NCBI GenBank assembly: GCA_016839445.1
Contig: JAEOUG010000154.1
Coordinates: 1 to 58,146, forward strand
Direction: 5' to 3'
Source: Candidatus Thorarchaeota archaeon
Lineage (GTDB): Archaea > Asgardarchaeota > Thorarchaeia > Thorarchaeales > Thorarchaeaceae
Length of the DNA stretch: 58,146 nucleotides
The notes below the pieces were generated by a model that saw only the letters and a program-made list of their open reading frames with translations, was not told the DNA's origin and searched no databases. Position numbers and translations under genes: made by a program. Positions 18,976-29,145 of the stretch are shown here, piece after piece. Position 1 is the stretch's first letter. The number at the start of each line of letters is the position of its first letter.

Positions 18976-19974
18976 ATGAAGGTCCTGGTAACGGGGGCGA
19001 CCGGTTTCATTGGGAGACGTCTATGTCCCCGCATAATAGCGGAAGGTCATTCTCTTCTGGCCATTGTCCGCGGCACAAGCAATCGCGAAGGCTTGCCTGA
19101 GGCTACCGAGTTCAGAGAGGCCGATCTCTTTGACATCGAGGCACTTGAAGAGGCAGTGAAGGATGTTGAAGTAGTCATTCATCTCGCCGCGTATTTCGAT
19201 TTCTACCCCAATGACGTCGATCTCCTCTATCGCGTGAACGTCGAGGGCACTAGGAACCTCATGAACGCGTGTGTAGGTACTTCGGTAAGTCGATTCGTCT
19301 ATTGCTCGACAACAGAGACTATCGGGCCTGTTAGATATCCCCCTGGTAATGAGGACACTGAGCTCAATCCTCAGTTCGATTACTCGAAGAGCAAGGTTCT
19401 GGCGGAGCAGGCTGTTCGTGAGATAAGTCGCGAGACCGGGCTCGACCATATCATCTTGCGTCCCACTGGGATTATGGGCGAAGGGGACCTCTACACCGCC
19501 TTCGAGGCAATTGAAGCCGTAAACGAAGGAGCGCTCCCCGTTCTACCTGGTGATGGAAAGAAGCATCTGATGTACACGCACGTAGATGATGTCGTGGAAG
19601 GATTCGTGAAGGCCATCACTTCTAAGGCGGCTCTCAACAACACAGTGATACTATGCCCGGATGAACCTCTGACCTACAACGAGCTCTTCGAGTTCGTCGG
19701 TGAGTGTCTTGGCGTTGGCATACCCAAGCGCCGAGTTCCTACATCGTTAGCTAAGATTGGAATAGGGCTATTGAGTCCCCTCAAGAACCGAAAGCGGACT
19801 ACGTTCCTCTGGCATATGCAGACAGTCCAGAGCATGGATGAGGATAGGTGGTACCAGAATGACAAGGCGAAGAGACTTCTCTCATGGTCTCCCCAAGTCA
19901 CAATGCGAGATGGTATCAAGAGAGCCATTGAGTGGTACTACGCGAACGGCTTTCTAGAGAAGAAGGGGGCTTAG
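18976..19974 (+). CDS. NAD-dependent epimerase/dehydratase (extended SDR)
   Basis: TGATGFIG, HLAA, YSKSK motifs. Confidence 0.9.
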   Translation: MKVLVTGATGFIGRRLCPRIIAEGHSLLAIVRGTSNREGLPEATEFREADLFDIEALEEAVKDVEVVIHLAAYFDFYPNDVDLLYRVNVEGTRNLMNACVGTSVSRFVYCSTTETIGPVRYPPGNEDTELNPQFDYSKSKVLAEQAVREISRETGLDHIILRPTGIMGEGDLYTAFEAIEAVNEGALPVLPGDGKKHLMYTHVDDVVEGFVKAITSKAALNNTVILCPDEPLTYNELFEFVGECLGVGIPKRRVPTSLAKIGIGLLSPLKNRKRTTFLWHMQTVQSMDEDRWYQNDKAKRLLSWSPQVTMRDGIKRAIEWYYANGFLEKKGA

Positions 19975-19976
19975 AG

Positions 19977-21599
19977 GTGGAGCCCACCCTGGGATTCCTT
20001 CTTATAATTCTGCCAATACTTCTGGCCTTCGTGCTTCTTGTCTTCCTGCACCGAGCTGCCGACACTACAGGCGTTGTCGTGTGGCTCCTGACAGTGTTCA
20101 TAGCCATCGTGGCCTTCAACACGGACGCTGGACTGGCAATCGTTGTCAGCTTGGCTGGCATCGTGAAGTCATTTCCGATCTCGTTGATGGTGGCGACATC
20201 CATCCTGATGATGACCTACATGCAGGAAGTGGGAGCACTTCAGCGGCTAATAGTGTTCTTCAAGACTCTAGGTGGAGGGAGTAGACCGATGCAGATAATG
20301 CTGATCAGTCTCGGCCTTGGTCTTTTCCTGGTGGGGATTGGCGCGACGCCTGTGTCCATGCTCCCCCCTGTAATGTTGGCCTTGGGCTTCTCCCCCCTAG
20401 TGGCTGTGGCCTTACCGTCAATAGGATACGATCCTTTGACAACCTTTGCTCTTCTTGCCGTCCCTGTTGATGTCTTCCAGGTCTACTATGGTCAAGCATC
20501 GGGTAGTGAGATTCTCGCCTGGCAAGCTGGGTCTGTGTTCGCGGCCTACATGCCTATCATCACTGTAGGAATCTCTGTTTCTATGCTCTGGATTGCAGGT
20601 GGAAGAAAGCTTCTCTTCAACCGAGAGGGACTTCTTCTGGCTGCACTCTGCGGTGCCACAGCTGGGCTCTCTGCGATTGTCTGCAATCTTCCGTTCGTCA
20701 ACTTGACACGGATCACGAATGTTGTGGCCGGTGCCGTAGTGATTCTGGTCATCTTCCTGTATACCCGTGTAAGGCGCAGGAAGCTCATAGACCGGTCTGA
20801 ACTCACTGAAGAGGACCTTACGATTGAAGGCTCAATGTCTCTTAGAAGAGCGTCTATTCCCTGGCTTGCACTGGTCATCCTGTCTCTGGCCACAACTCTG
20901 ATTGACCCGATCAAGCAATTCCTTTCGCGTGATCTTGATGTGGTCTTCACCTTCGGGCAGGTCCTGATTGGCGGTGATGTGAGACCCTATTCAGTCAGTA
21001 CCAAGTTCATGTGGCAAGCGTACACTCTGATGCTCATCGCCACCCTGGTCTCTGTGCCGTTTCTCTCGAGAGACAGACAAGTACTTGGCAATACAATGAG
21101 GCGCTTCCTCAAGCGGGCTCCTCGGCCCGTCCTTGCGGCAGCAATCTTCTTCGCAATGGCTGAGGTGATGAACTTCAGCGGCTTCACTTTTGTGTCAGGC
21201 GTTATGACTCCACCCTCGGACCCCAGCTCCAATATGATCTACCTTCTAGCCACTGTCACCGCAGGTCTTGGGATTCTGTATCCACTGCTGGCCCCCTTCC
21301 TTGGGCTTCTGGCCGGGTTCATCTCTGGTTCTGAGACCTCTGCCATAGCCATGTTCACGAACTATCACTACCAGGCAAGTACGAGTGTGCTTATTGGCGC
21401 AAATCCCTTGGTTGTTGCAGCCTCCAACGGGATTGGTGGCGGCTTAGCAAGTGTGTTGAGCCCTGCTAAGATTCAGAATGCTGCAGCAGTCATTGATCAG
21501 ATAGGGATTGAAGGTCAAGTCATCCGATATGGCACAGTTGTTGCTCTACTGATGACCTTGGCGACTGCAGTGCTTACCTTCATCTGGGCCTTCTCGTGA
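19977..21599 (+). CDS. lctP: L-lactate permease family transporter
   Basis: Many TMs; GFISGSETSAIAMF, SPAKI motifs; start uncertain. Confidence 0.8.
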   Translation: MEPTLGFLLIILPILLAFVLLVFLHRAADTTGVVVWLLTVFIAIVAFNTDAGLAIVVSLAGIVKSFPISLMVATSILMMTYMQEVGALQRLIVFFKTLGGGSRPMQIMLISLGLGLFLVGIGATPVSMLPPVMLALGFSPLVAVALPSIGYDPLTTFALLAVPVDVFQVYYGQASGSEILAWQAGSVFAAYMPIITVGISVSMLWIAGGRKLLFNREGLLLAALCGATAGLSAIVCNLPFVNLTRITNVVAGAVVILVIFLYTRVRRRKLIDRSELTEEDLTIEGSMSLRRASIPWLALVILSLATTLIDPIKQFLSRDLDVVFTFGQVLIGGDVRPYSVSTKFMWQAYTLMLIATLVSVPFLSRDRQVLGNTMRRFLKRAPRPVLAAAIFFAMAEVMNFSGFTFVSGVMTPPSDPSSNMIYLLATVTAGLGILYPLLAPFLGLLAGFISGSETSAIAMFTNYHYQASTSVLIGANPLVVAASNGIGGGLASVLSPAKIQNAAAVIDQIGIEGQVIRYGTVVALLMTLATAVLTFIWAFS

Positions 21600-21656
21600 C
21601 GACACGCTCTCTTCCGTTTGCCTGTCGAATAGGTTTTATACTTAGATGAAGAAAAG

Positions 21657-22106
21657 ATGAACGGAGGAGATTCGTTGAGTCAAGAAGATGTAGCTAAGCC
21701 TGCAGAAGCAGGCAAGATGATTGGCAGTCTCTATGGTGTCCTTGTATTCTTCCTTTCTGTCATGCTGTTCCTTTCGACCTTCTTCTCTACCCTTCCAGGC
21801 GATGTGATAAACCGCACCTACAGCCTTGTGTTTGTCATCGGATGCTTGATTGTGCTCATGGGGACAGAGCTGGCAAGGATGATGTACAAGAATGGCATGA
21901 CGATTGTCGGCTTCCTGGGGTTCTTGGTGTTCAACCTGATGATGGTTCTCCTGGCAGTTGCCATCTTCGCTGATATAGTTGGCCCAACCCCATATGGCGA
22001 TGCCATCGGGATCCTACTTGCTCTGATTGTAGGTTCGGTCGCGTGGTATGCAATCCTTCTGCTTTGGATGGTATATCACTGGTGGAAGTCTAGGCAGGTT
22101 CCGTGA
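21657..22106 (+). CDS. Hypothetical 4-TM membrane protein
   Basis: Four hydrophobic segments. Confidence 0.7.
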   Translation: MNGGDSLSQEDVAKPAEAGKMIGSLYGVLVFFLSVMLFLSTFFSTLPGDVINRTYSLVFVIGCLIVLMGTELARMMYKNGMTIVGFLGFLVFNLMMVLLAVAIFADIVGPTPYGDAIGILLALIVGSVAWYAILLLWMVYHWWKSRQVP

Positions 22107-22259
22107 AGCAGCTACCCAATTGAAGGCGAGAGTTACATATTGCCAGCAGCGGTTCAACTGAACACTCGGCTGTCGCTTTCGGGAAGGTTAAAACGGACGA
22201 GGGCAGCAGGGAATCGCAGTCTAGGACCCATACCTAGGCTAGCTATGAGTGCTTGACCG

Positions 22260-22907
22260 ATGTCGGATAATCATCTCACATACTGGCGTGGCAATAGCTT
22301 CTACATCAACCCCACTTCAGAGTGCACCAATGACTGCCTGTTCTGTGTTAGGCAGTTCAGTGATGGGGTCTTCAATTTCAACCTTCGACTTGCTCGAGAC
22401 CCCACACCCGAGGAAATGGCCACTGCAATTGAGGAGACGCTGAGTGATCAGTACGAAGAGGCCGCGATTGTCGGATTTGGGGAACCACTGCTCAACCTTG
22501 AAACCACCCTCGCCGCAATCAATGTGGTGAAGCGAATCACAGATATTCCTGTCCGAATGGACACGAATGGTCAAGGGCTACTGATTCATCCTGAGAGGGA
22601 CGTCATTGATGAGCTGGCCGACGCAGGCCTGGATAGAGTCCAAGTGTCTCTGAATGCTCAGGATCCTGACACCTACCTGAGGCTATGCAGACCGAAGTTC
22701 GGGAGGGCTACCTACGAATCAATCATCGATTTCGCTGAGCGATGCAAGGAGCGGATGACTGTTGAGTTGTCAGCAGTAGACATTCCCGGCGTTGATATCG
22801 ACGCATGTAGAGGAATAGCCGAGAGGATTGGAGTTCGCTTCAGGGTCAGGGTGTTCAAGGGTCCAGAAGGTGCATTGGAGGGCATTCTGAGGACTCTCTC
22901 AGAGTGA
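22260..22907 (+). CDS. Radical SAM protein (TatD-associated type)
   Basis: YINPTSECTNDCLFCVR (CxxxCxxC), GFGEP, TNG, SLNA. Confidence 0.85.
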   Translation: MSDNHLTYWRGNSFYINPTSECTNDCLFCVRQFSDGVFNFNLRLARDPTPEEMATAIEETLSDQYEEAAIVGFGEPLLNLETTLAAINVVKRITDIPVRMDTNGQGLLIHPERDVIDELADAGLDRVQVSLNAQDPDTYLRLCRPKFGRATYESIIDFAERCKERMTVELSAVDIPGVDIDACRGIAERIGVRFRVRVFKGPEGALEGILRTLSE

Positions 22908-22949
22908 CTCTGGCAAACAACTATAACTCGAAAGTCAGTTCCTCTCGAC

Positions 22950-23789
22950 ATGGCTCTTGAAGAACTGGCCACAGGCGTCTACGCAGATACTTCTGGAGAA
23001 AACGGTGGAAACACTGGGGCAATTGTCTTGCCCAAAGAGATAGTCGCAGTCGACGCAGGTACTGCCCACACACTAACAAGAAACAACGCTGAGTTCCTGG
23101 AGAGGAGTCATGGGCTGCGGATTGGTAAGCTCATCTACACCCACTCACACAGCGACCATGTATTCGGGGCACAGGCCTACCCTGATGCAACTGTGATCGG
23201 TTCCACAGAGATGTTTCGACGATGTGAGGAGAACATGAAGTCGAACTGGCGTCTTGATTCTCTTCTGGCAACGTACAAGAGTGTTAAGGATGAACGCCCT
23301 GTTCTCTGGCAGGCCCTTCAGGATCTTGATATCCGTCTGCCTGACATCACTTTTGATGACGAGATTAGGATTGGCGAAGAGAGCGAGATTGTCGTCCGGT
23401 GGACTGGAGGTCATACCTCTGGGTCCGCTATTGTCGTCGTTCCGTCTCACAAGATCGCATTCGTTGGAGACCTCATCTTTCAAGGGCAATTCCCGTATGC
23501 AGGTGACCCTACCTGCAGTCCCGACAAGTGGATTGAGGCTCTGGATTCCATTGCTGAGGAACCCTATGGGGTCGTTGTACCGGGGCATGGTAAGATCTGC
23601 TCCGTGAGAGATGTTGCCGAATATGCCTCCAATCTCAGGAAACTGCGTGAATCAGTGAAGCAGGGGATTTCAGACGGCATATCACCTGAAGAATTCATAG
23701 AGTTGGGAATGTACCCTGATGCCTGGAAAGAGGGTCTTGAAAGATGGGGACTTGTTTCGGTGAGGCACTGGTACGAGTTCTACCGATGA
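22950..23789 (+). CDS. Metallo-beta-lactamase fold hydrolase
   Basis: THSHSDH, GHT, GD, PGHG. Confidence 0.9.
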   Translation: MALEELATGVYADTSGENGGNTGAIVLPKEIVAVDAGTAHTLTRNNAEFLERSHGLRIGKLIYTHSHSDHVFGAQAYPDATVIGSTEMFRRCEENMKSNWRLDSLLATYKSVKDERPVLWQALQDLDIRLPDITFDDEIRIGEESEIVVRWTGGHTSGSAIVVVPSHKIAFVGDLIFQGQFPYAGDPTCSPDKWIEALDSIAEEPYGVVVPGHGKICSVRDVAEYASNLRKLRESVKQGISDGISPEEFIELGMYPDAWKEGLERWGLVSVRHWYEFYR

Positions 23790-23855
23790 GGCTGCCCATG
23801 CGGATAACGTTATAATCACTCAGGGAAACAGCGAGCTACACACGGAGGCTCGCAA

Positions 23856-25028
23856 GTGGCCATAGATGACGACCATTATAGTCAGGTGATTAGCTACCCC
23901 ACCTTCACCGAGCTCCATGCAGTGATATCTCTAAGATTCGAGGTCGAAATGAGTCTTCTTGAATACGGGATGCCAACCTTCGTGGTCAAATGGGCAGGCG
24001 GCGTCATTCCTGACAACAAGGAGCAGGAAGCTGTTTTCAGGGACATCGAAGAGCAGACCGAGCGTCTCAAGGTCTGGCCGGTCGTCAGATGGAGAAACAA
24101 AGCCGAAGGCGAGTATGTCATGCGCTTTGTGCCTATCCAGAAGCAGCCCGAGGGGGACCGAAGGATCAACTACGCGTTGTTTATTGCCACGCTTGCTAGC
24201 ATTGCTCTTGCTGGCTTCCTTCAGGCAACACAACCTGTGTTCCTCTCCATATTCTATCCTCTTGGCGTTTCTATCTGGGACATCCTGTTTGTCACGGGGA
24301 CGTTCATTCTGGCACTTATGGGGATCATATTCACTCACGAGATGGGCCACTACAAGATGAGTCAGCGAAGGAAGATAGAGGCATCTCTGCCATACTTCAT
24401 TCCGGGTCTGCCTTGGATAGGCGGAACCTTTGGTGCTTTCATCTCGCAGAAAAGCCCCCCAAAGAATCGAGAAGACCTCATAGACATGGGACTCGCTGGA
24501 CCGTTTGCCGGGTTCGCTATCACGCTGATAGTACTTGTCATAGGGTACCTGATGTCGGTACCTGTGACTGCTGACCAACTGATAGCAATCGGTGAGAGAT
24601 TCCCCAGCCAGTCTGCCTCTCTGCCTGTGCCTCTGCTGTTCTCTCTCATGGACTTCATATTTGTAGATTTCATACCCAGAGGTGGCACATTGTTCATCCA
24701 TCCGATTGCCTTCGCCGCATGGGTTGGTATGCTTGTGACGTCATTGAACCTCTTCCCCGTCGCGCAGCTCGATGGGGGACACGCACTGCGCGCCATTGTG
24801 CCTGCGAAGATTCACAAGCAGATTGGATGGGTGGCCCTCGTCATTCTGTTGCTGTTTGGCTACATCTTGATGGCAGTGCTGATAATAGCGCTCTCTGCCG
24901 GAGGTGGCCATCCCGGTCCACTAAATGACACAGTGCCGGTCTCAAAGGCTCGTGTTGTGCTCTTCGTGCTTGCCATGATTGTCCTGGTATTGTGCATACC
25001 TCCACTATGGCAGATGGGTCTGTTCTAA
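23856..25028 (+). CDS. Site-2 protease (M50) intramembrane metalloprotease
   Basis: HEMGH, AGP, NLFPVAQLDGG. Confidence 0.92.
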   Translation: MAIDDDHYSQVISYPTFTELHAVISLRFEVEMSLLEYGMPTFVVKWAGGVIPDNKEQEAVFRDIEEQTERLKVWPVVRWRNKAEGEYVMRFVPIQKQPEGDRRINYALFIATLASIALAGFLQATQPVFLSIFYPLGVSIWDILFVTGTFILALMGIIFTHEMGHYKMSQRRKIEASLPYFIPGLPWIGGTFGAFISQKSPPKNREDLIDMGLAGPFAGFAITLIVLVIGYLMSVPVTADQLIAIGERFPSQSASLPVPLLFSLMDFIFVDFIPRGGTLFIHPIAFAAWVGMLVTSLNLFPVAQLDGGHALRAIVPAKIHKQIGWVALVILLLFGYILMAVLIIALSAGGGHPGPLNDTVPVSKARVVLFVLAMIVLVLCIPPLWQMGLF

Positions 25029-25092
25029 GGCGGATGGATTTACCCGGAAGATATACATTGCACACCGTTTGACTGCCTGCTAGGTTAGACAG

Positions 25093-26247
25093 ATGGGAGC
25101 AAGACGATTCGCAGGACCGGTCTTCATGTTTGTGGGTGGGACAGCTGTAGCGATACAGCTGATACTCCTTGTAACGCGCTCTTTCCCGCCCTCTACGCCA
25201 CTCCCCGACTTCATGAGTTCCATTCTTGGATTGACTCCCAGTCTTGGTCTTGACTTGGTCACCGTTATCATCGTCGCGTTTCCAATCCTCTTCCTGGAGT
25301 ACATCTTGGCCGCGGTTCCCGTTGCGGTTTTGATACTCTTCATCACTAAGGTTGTGAAGAGCACTCGATACGAACTCAACATAATGAACATCGGAAAGGA
25401 CTTCAATGGCACTCAGATGGTTCGGAGAGCAGCTGCACCCGCGCTCTTCAGCGTAGCCTCCGCTCAGATGTTCAGGGACCCCCTCAAGATGTTCGTATTC
25501 GGAACGACTGATGTCGTTTCTCTTGTGCCACTTGAAGTACAGCCTCTGGTACCCATAGTGATCTCACTGATGACATCACTAGTCTTCATGCCGATCGCCC
25601 TGCTTCTATTCATGCCCACTTGGGTGCTGAACGACGCTGGTGTTGTCACTCATCTCAAGTCAGACAATCTCAATCTGCGCCAATGCCCGGATACGCAAGG
25701 CGTGGGCCGGTGGATTGCTAATATGCTTGGAGGGTACGCTCTGCTCGCATTTCCCATTACAATGTTCATATCTCAATTCTACGAACCTATCATCCTTCCA
25801 CTGATGCAGGGCGGGACTGCCGCTGAAACCCTTCTCCAAGAAGGGGTGCTGTTCTATTATGTGACTCTAGGTCTCCTTTGGACAATCGGCTTGCCTTTCT
25901 TTGTGATGGCTTTCATTCTACCTGTGATAATGCTGAACGAACGAATGCAGGAGAGGTCAACCATCAGAATTCTGCGTATCACTCAACGGCTTGGAGCTAA
26001 GATCATCAGAAAGGAAGAGATACGGGAGATAAAGCGTCCAACGATGCTTGGGAGTATTGAGGAGAGCGCGAATGTTGAGGCCTGGGCAATAGCCAGCGGT
26101 CAGGAAGTTGTGGTGTCCGCTAAGAGCGCCAAGAAGAGCAAGGACGAACCCAAGAAGGAGAAGAAGAGCGGCAAGAAGCCCGACAAGAGGAAGGCTGACA
26201 AGAAGAAGACTGACAAGAAGCAACCGGCAAAGAAGGGCAAGAAGTAG
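25093..26247 (+). CDS. Polytopic membrane protein with Lys-rich C-terminal tail
   Basis: About 6 TM; tail KKSKDEPKKEKKSGKKPDKRKADKKKTDKKQPAKKGKK. Confidence 0.75.
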   Translation: MGARRFAGPVFMFVGGTAVAIQLILLVTRSFPPSTPLPDFMSSILGLTPSLGLDLVTVIIVAFPILFLEYILAAVPVAVLILFITKVVKSTRYELNIMNIGKDFNGTQMVRRAAAPALFSVASAQMFRDPLKMFVFGTTDVVSLVPLEVQPLVPIVISLMTSLVFMPIALLLFMPTWVLNDAGVVTHLKSDNLNLRQCPDTQGVGRWIANMLGGYALLAFPITMFISQFYEPIILPLMQGGTAAETLLQEGVLFYYVTLGLLWTIGLPFFVMAFILPVIMLNERMQERSTIRILRITQRLGAKIIRKEEIREIKRPTMLGSIEESANVEAWAIASGQEVVVSAKSAKKSKDEPKKEKKSGKKPDKRKADKKKTDKKQPAKKGKK

Positions 26248-26250
26248 ATT

Positions 26251-26409
26251 CTAGCTGTTCTCGTGCCTGTCCAGGGCCTCTTGCTTGTCCAGCGCCAAAC
26301 GGATGGACTCTCTCACGAATGCAGGAAAGGACTTCCATGAATCCTTTCTGTCCAGCTTCTCGAATCTTTCCTGTAGAGCCTTTGGGACTCGAACCATGGT
26401 GTCGGGCAA
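26251..26409 (-). CDS. Ribbon-helix-helix (CopG/Arc-like) DNA-binding protein
   Basis: TMVRVPKALQERFEKL...SFPAFVRESIRLAL strand-helix-helix pattern; TTG start after GAGGT. Confidence 0.7.
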   Translation of the reverse strand: MPDTMVRVPKALQERFEKLDRKDSWKSFPAFVRESIRLALDKQEALDRHENS

Positions 26410-26461
26410 GAGAACAACCTCGAAGAACGTTCTAGTTGCAGGTTTTGCTGTCATAGATGGG

Positions 26462-26511
26462 GTAGACACATTTATAACATTTCGTATACAAGAGGTATAC
26501 AGGTGTTAACA
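26462..26511. promoter_or_regulatory. Phased heptamer array, probable RHH operator in a divergent promoter
   Basis: GTAGACA 26462, TATAACA 26473, GTATACA 26484, GTATACA 26495, GTTAACA 26505. Confidence 0.55.
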
Positions 26512-26825
26512 TGAGTGCAGTGGAGAGTCCGAAACCCAGTGGTGACGCCTCTTCGTCGCTTTATCCTCAGGTGACTCCAGCAAAGAAGAAGCTGTTCAGT
26601 CGACTGCGGAATGAGAAGGAGAAGAAGGTCACTCACCAGCCGGTCTCAATGGGCTGCTACAACTGCAGTCACTATCTGAGCGCCTTCACGTACTGGAAGC
26701 CCTCCCCGTGCGCTAACTGCGTGAGGTCCCCTGAGTTCTCGTTCAGGCTCAACCGCTCGCACCTTGTTGACAACTGGGAGCAAATCTCGAGTAGACTGGC
26801 TTCACGGATGAACGTCCTGTACTAG
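26511..26825 (+). CDS. Small hypothetical protein with CxxC...CxxC
   Basis: 104 aa ORF, CYNC and CANC; AGGTG SD-like motif. Confidence 0.65.
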   Translation: MSAVESPKPSGDASSSLYPQVTPAKKKLFSRLRNEKEKKVTHQPVSMGCYNCSHYLSAFTYWKPSPCANCVRSPEFSFRLNRSHLVDNWEQISSRLASRMNVLY

Positions 26826-26987
26826 CTCTTCCCTCCGATTCTAGTCGTCGTGTTTTCTCCAGGCTCGGTTGGCAGGCTCGTGTCCTTCTCCCGGCTTTCA
26901 GATTCCGCTTCTGATTCATGGAGTCTGCCGCCGAGCGACATCACAACTGGTTCTTGGTCAGTTCCTGATTCTGTGCGTGGTATATTC

Positions 26988-27896
26988 TCAGCCAGTGATG
27001 AGCTTGACGATCAACACAGCAAGGATAGGAAACACGACTCCTGCGCAACATAAGGTAATGCAGAAATTGCCATAGTGTCTCTTGAACCAAGCCACTCCGG
27101 CTCCGCTGGCCACTGCTTCGCTCCCGTTCAGCACAGCGAACCGTTCCCTGTATTCAGGATTCTTGATGACAACCTTCCATGAGGGCACTTCAACGTCAGA
27201 TAGTACAGCAAGATAGACCTGTACATGTTCACGGATGGGGCACTTCTTCCTCTCTGAAAAGGCGTAGTACAGAAATCCTGGAACCCCCGCCATGGCCACG
27301 TAGATGATTATCGCTGTTATGGACGGGAAGTAGAGGTTGTATGCTGGAACCCACGAAATGAACGGAACGAGACTTGGAAAGAATGGGAACACGAAGGCCA
27401 TGATCAAACCTACGATCAGCAGAGCGAGAGTGATTCTCTCGGGGTTTCTGAGTTTCTCTTCAGTTTTTCGAAGACATTCAGGACAGAGATATCCCTCAGC
27501 TACCAAGCGGTGTGTTGCTGTTTGCCTGGTGTAGCCCAAGTAAACAGATTGGCTCTGGGTATGAAGGTAGCTGTACTTGGTTAGCTCGCCTCCACCTCCA
27601 CATGCAACGCATGCGACGGGCCACTCGATCTTCGCAAACCCGCCACCTCCCGGAGGCTCGGTTATCATGGCTCTTCCTTCGCCTATTGTCAATACATCGA
27701 TTCGCTCGGCGATGAGCAGGGCGTCGCCTTTGTATGTGATCCGAACGATGGACCCGTCTGGTGGGACTCGTCCTTCAGTGTCTCTTGTGACCCTGATTCT
27801 AGTCACACCTTCAGATGTTTCAACGGCAATTGTGCCGTATTCGAAGCCGTCTGTCTCCCCGAGCTCAGCATTGACAATTCTCCCCTCAAGCTCCAC
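26988..27896 (-). CDS. Hypothetical membrane protein: beta-rich N-domain, Zn-ribbon (CVAC/CPEC), 3 TM
   Basis: 302 aa ORF, GGGAGG SD-like motif. Confidence 0.65.
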   Translation of the reverse strand: MELEGRIVNAELGETDGFEYGTIAVETSEGVTRIRVTRDTEGRVPPDGSIVRITYKGDALLIAERIDVLTIGEGRAMITEPPGGGGFAKIEWPVACVACGGGGELTKYSYLHTQSQSVYLGYTRQTATHRLVAEGYLCPECLRKTEEKLRNPERITLALLIVGLIMAFVFPFFPSLVPFISWVPAYNLYFPSITAIIIYVAMAGVPGFLYYAFSERKKCPIREHVQVYLAVLSDVEVPSWKVVIKNPEYRERFAVLNGSEAVASGAGVAWFKRHYGNFCITLCCAGVVFPILAVLIVKLITG

Positions 27897-27962
27897 TGCA
27901 GCTCCTCCCTATGGATTCTGGCTTAACAGACTGCCCATCCGCGTAATAAACCACTTGGCGGC

Positions 27963-28002
27963 AAAAAGGAATAGAGGGAGTCCCCTCTCTGAGGGGAACT
28001 CC
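27963..28002 (-). terminator. Stem-loop plus U-rich tract downstream of tbp
   Basis: GGAGTCCCCTC-tct-GAGGGGAACTCC, followed on the minus strand by TCTATTCCTTTTT. Confidence 0.6.
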
Positions 28003-28011
28003 TTAATCAGA

Positions 28012-28629
28012 CTACCAGTCGTCTTCTTCTTCGTAGGTGACGCCCCAGTCTTCTCCTTCTGGGATTCTCATGACGCCTAGTTCGAGAAGCCGGTCCATGA
28101 CCTTCTCGGCAGCCTCGTCAATCTGCGGTTCGAACTTCGCGCCCGTAATGACGAGCTTTCCTGAACCAAACAGCAGAATGACCACCTTGGGGTCTCGCAT
28201 CCTGTATATGAGGCCTGGAAACTGCTCAGGTTCGTAAAGGGTGTTCTCGAGCTTCATGGCGGCCAGTTCGAGGTTAAGCTCCGCGCCCAAGCTGGCGCTA
28301 GCTACGATGTTCTGAACAACGATGATTGGCTTGCCGGTAATCTCTATTCCAGCTTCCTTGATGTTCTTCACGATCTTGTGTACAGCCCGCTTGGCTTCCT
28401 TCTCACTCTTGGCCCCCGTACACACCATTTTCCCGCTGTTGAAAATCAGCGTGGCTGTCTTGGGCTTCTTGAGTCTGTAGACAAGTCCGGGAAACTGCTC
28501 TGGATCGAATTCCACATTGGGCATGGTAGCCGCAATCTCGTCGAGATCCAGCCTCTGGTTGAGAATCACAGAGGCAACGACGTTCTCTATCTTGGTAACT
28601 GGGCTTGGCCTCGGCACTTCTTGGTCCAA
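28012..28629 (-). CDS. tbp: TATA-box binding protein
   Basis: Two repeats NVVAS...FDPEQFPGLVYR...LIFNSGKMVCTGAK / NIVAS...YEPEQFPGLIYR...LFGSGKLVITGAK; acidic tail; TTG start. Confidence 0.97.
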   Translation of the reverse strand: MDQEVPRPSPVTKIENVVASVILNQRLDLDEIAATMPNVEFDPEQFPGLVYRLKKPKTATLIFNSGKMVCTGAKSEKEAKRAVHKIVKNIKEAGIEITGKPIIVVQNIVASASLGAELNLELAAMKLENTLYEPEQFPGLIYRMRDPKVVILLFGSGKLVITGAKFEPQIDEAAEKVMDRLLELGVMRIPEGEDWGVTYEEEDDW

Positions 28630-28710
28630 CTCCGGCCCTTATAAAGTATATAAGGAACGAGGAGGGCTGTTAAAAATCCCTTTTAAGTCTGATGTAAGGA
28701 CGGCTACAGG

Positions 28711-29139
28711 CTACGCCGAGTCTTGGTCGCGTTCATCCACTACGACCACTCGTACTTCTGGCTCGTCAGTACATTCAGTACACTGCCCCTCAACTGCGAT
28801 GACCTTGACCTTGATCTCATCCACTATGTCCCCAAAGGCCTGAACGAAATAGACTGCAGCTTCCTTCACTCCCCTCTCCCCTGCAGCGGTCAGACTGTAG
28901 ATTACCTGCCTTCCCTTTTTCCTGCCCTTGATGAGACGTCTGGACTTCAGCTCCTTCAAGGCAGGGTAGATGGTCCCTGGAGTTGGCTTCGAGCCGCGGC
29001 GCTCGGCTATCCTCTCAGCAATCTGCTGGCCATTCAGCTCCTGACCTCGAAGCTCCCATAGAATCTGAAACGTGAGCATCCCTCTCATGTCGCAGCAATC
29101 TGGCGGGCAGCAGGTGTCTACTTCAGAGGGGTCACTCAT
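28711..29139 (-). CDS. PadR-family winged-helix regulator with Cys-rich termini
   Basis: RGMLTFQILWEL, PGTIYPALKEL, YSLTAAG; N-terminal CCPPDCC and C-terminal CTEC. Confidence 0.88.
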   Translation of the reverse strand: MSDPSEVDTCCPPDCCDMRGMLTFQILWELRGQELNGQQIAERIAERRGSKPTPGTIYPALKELKSRRLIKGRKKGRQVIYSLTAAGERGVKEAAVYFVQAFGDIVDEIKVKVIAVEGQCTECTDEPEVRVVVVDERDQDSA

Positions 29140-29145
29140 GATTCG

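Noticed and set aside
22107-22259. Possible ncRNA in the intergenic gap
   Set aside because: Only a short hairpin (CTAGG...CCTAG); no tRNA or other recognisable RNA motif
23931-24701. 256 aa minus-strand ORF
   Set aside because: Antisense to the M50 protease, with an implausible composition
7593-26511. TubZ-TubR-centromere partition system formed by the tubulin-like gene plus the RHH/repeat array
   Set aside because: The elements are about 17 kb apart with housekeeping genes between, and there is no plasmid or phage context
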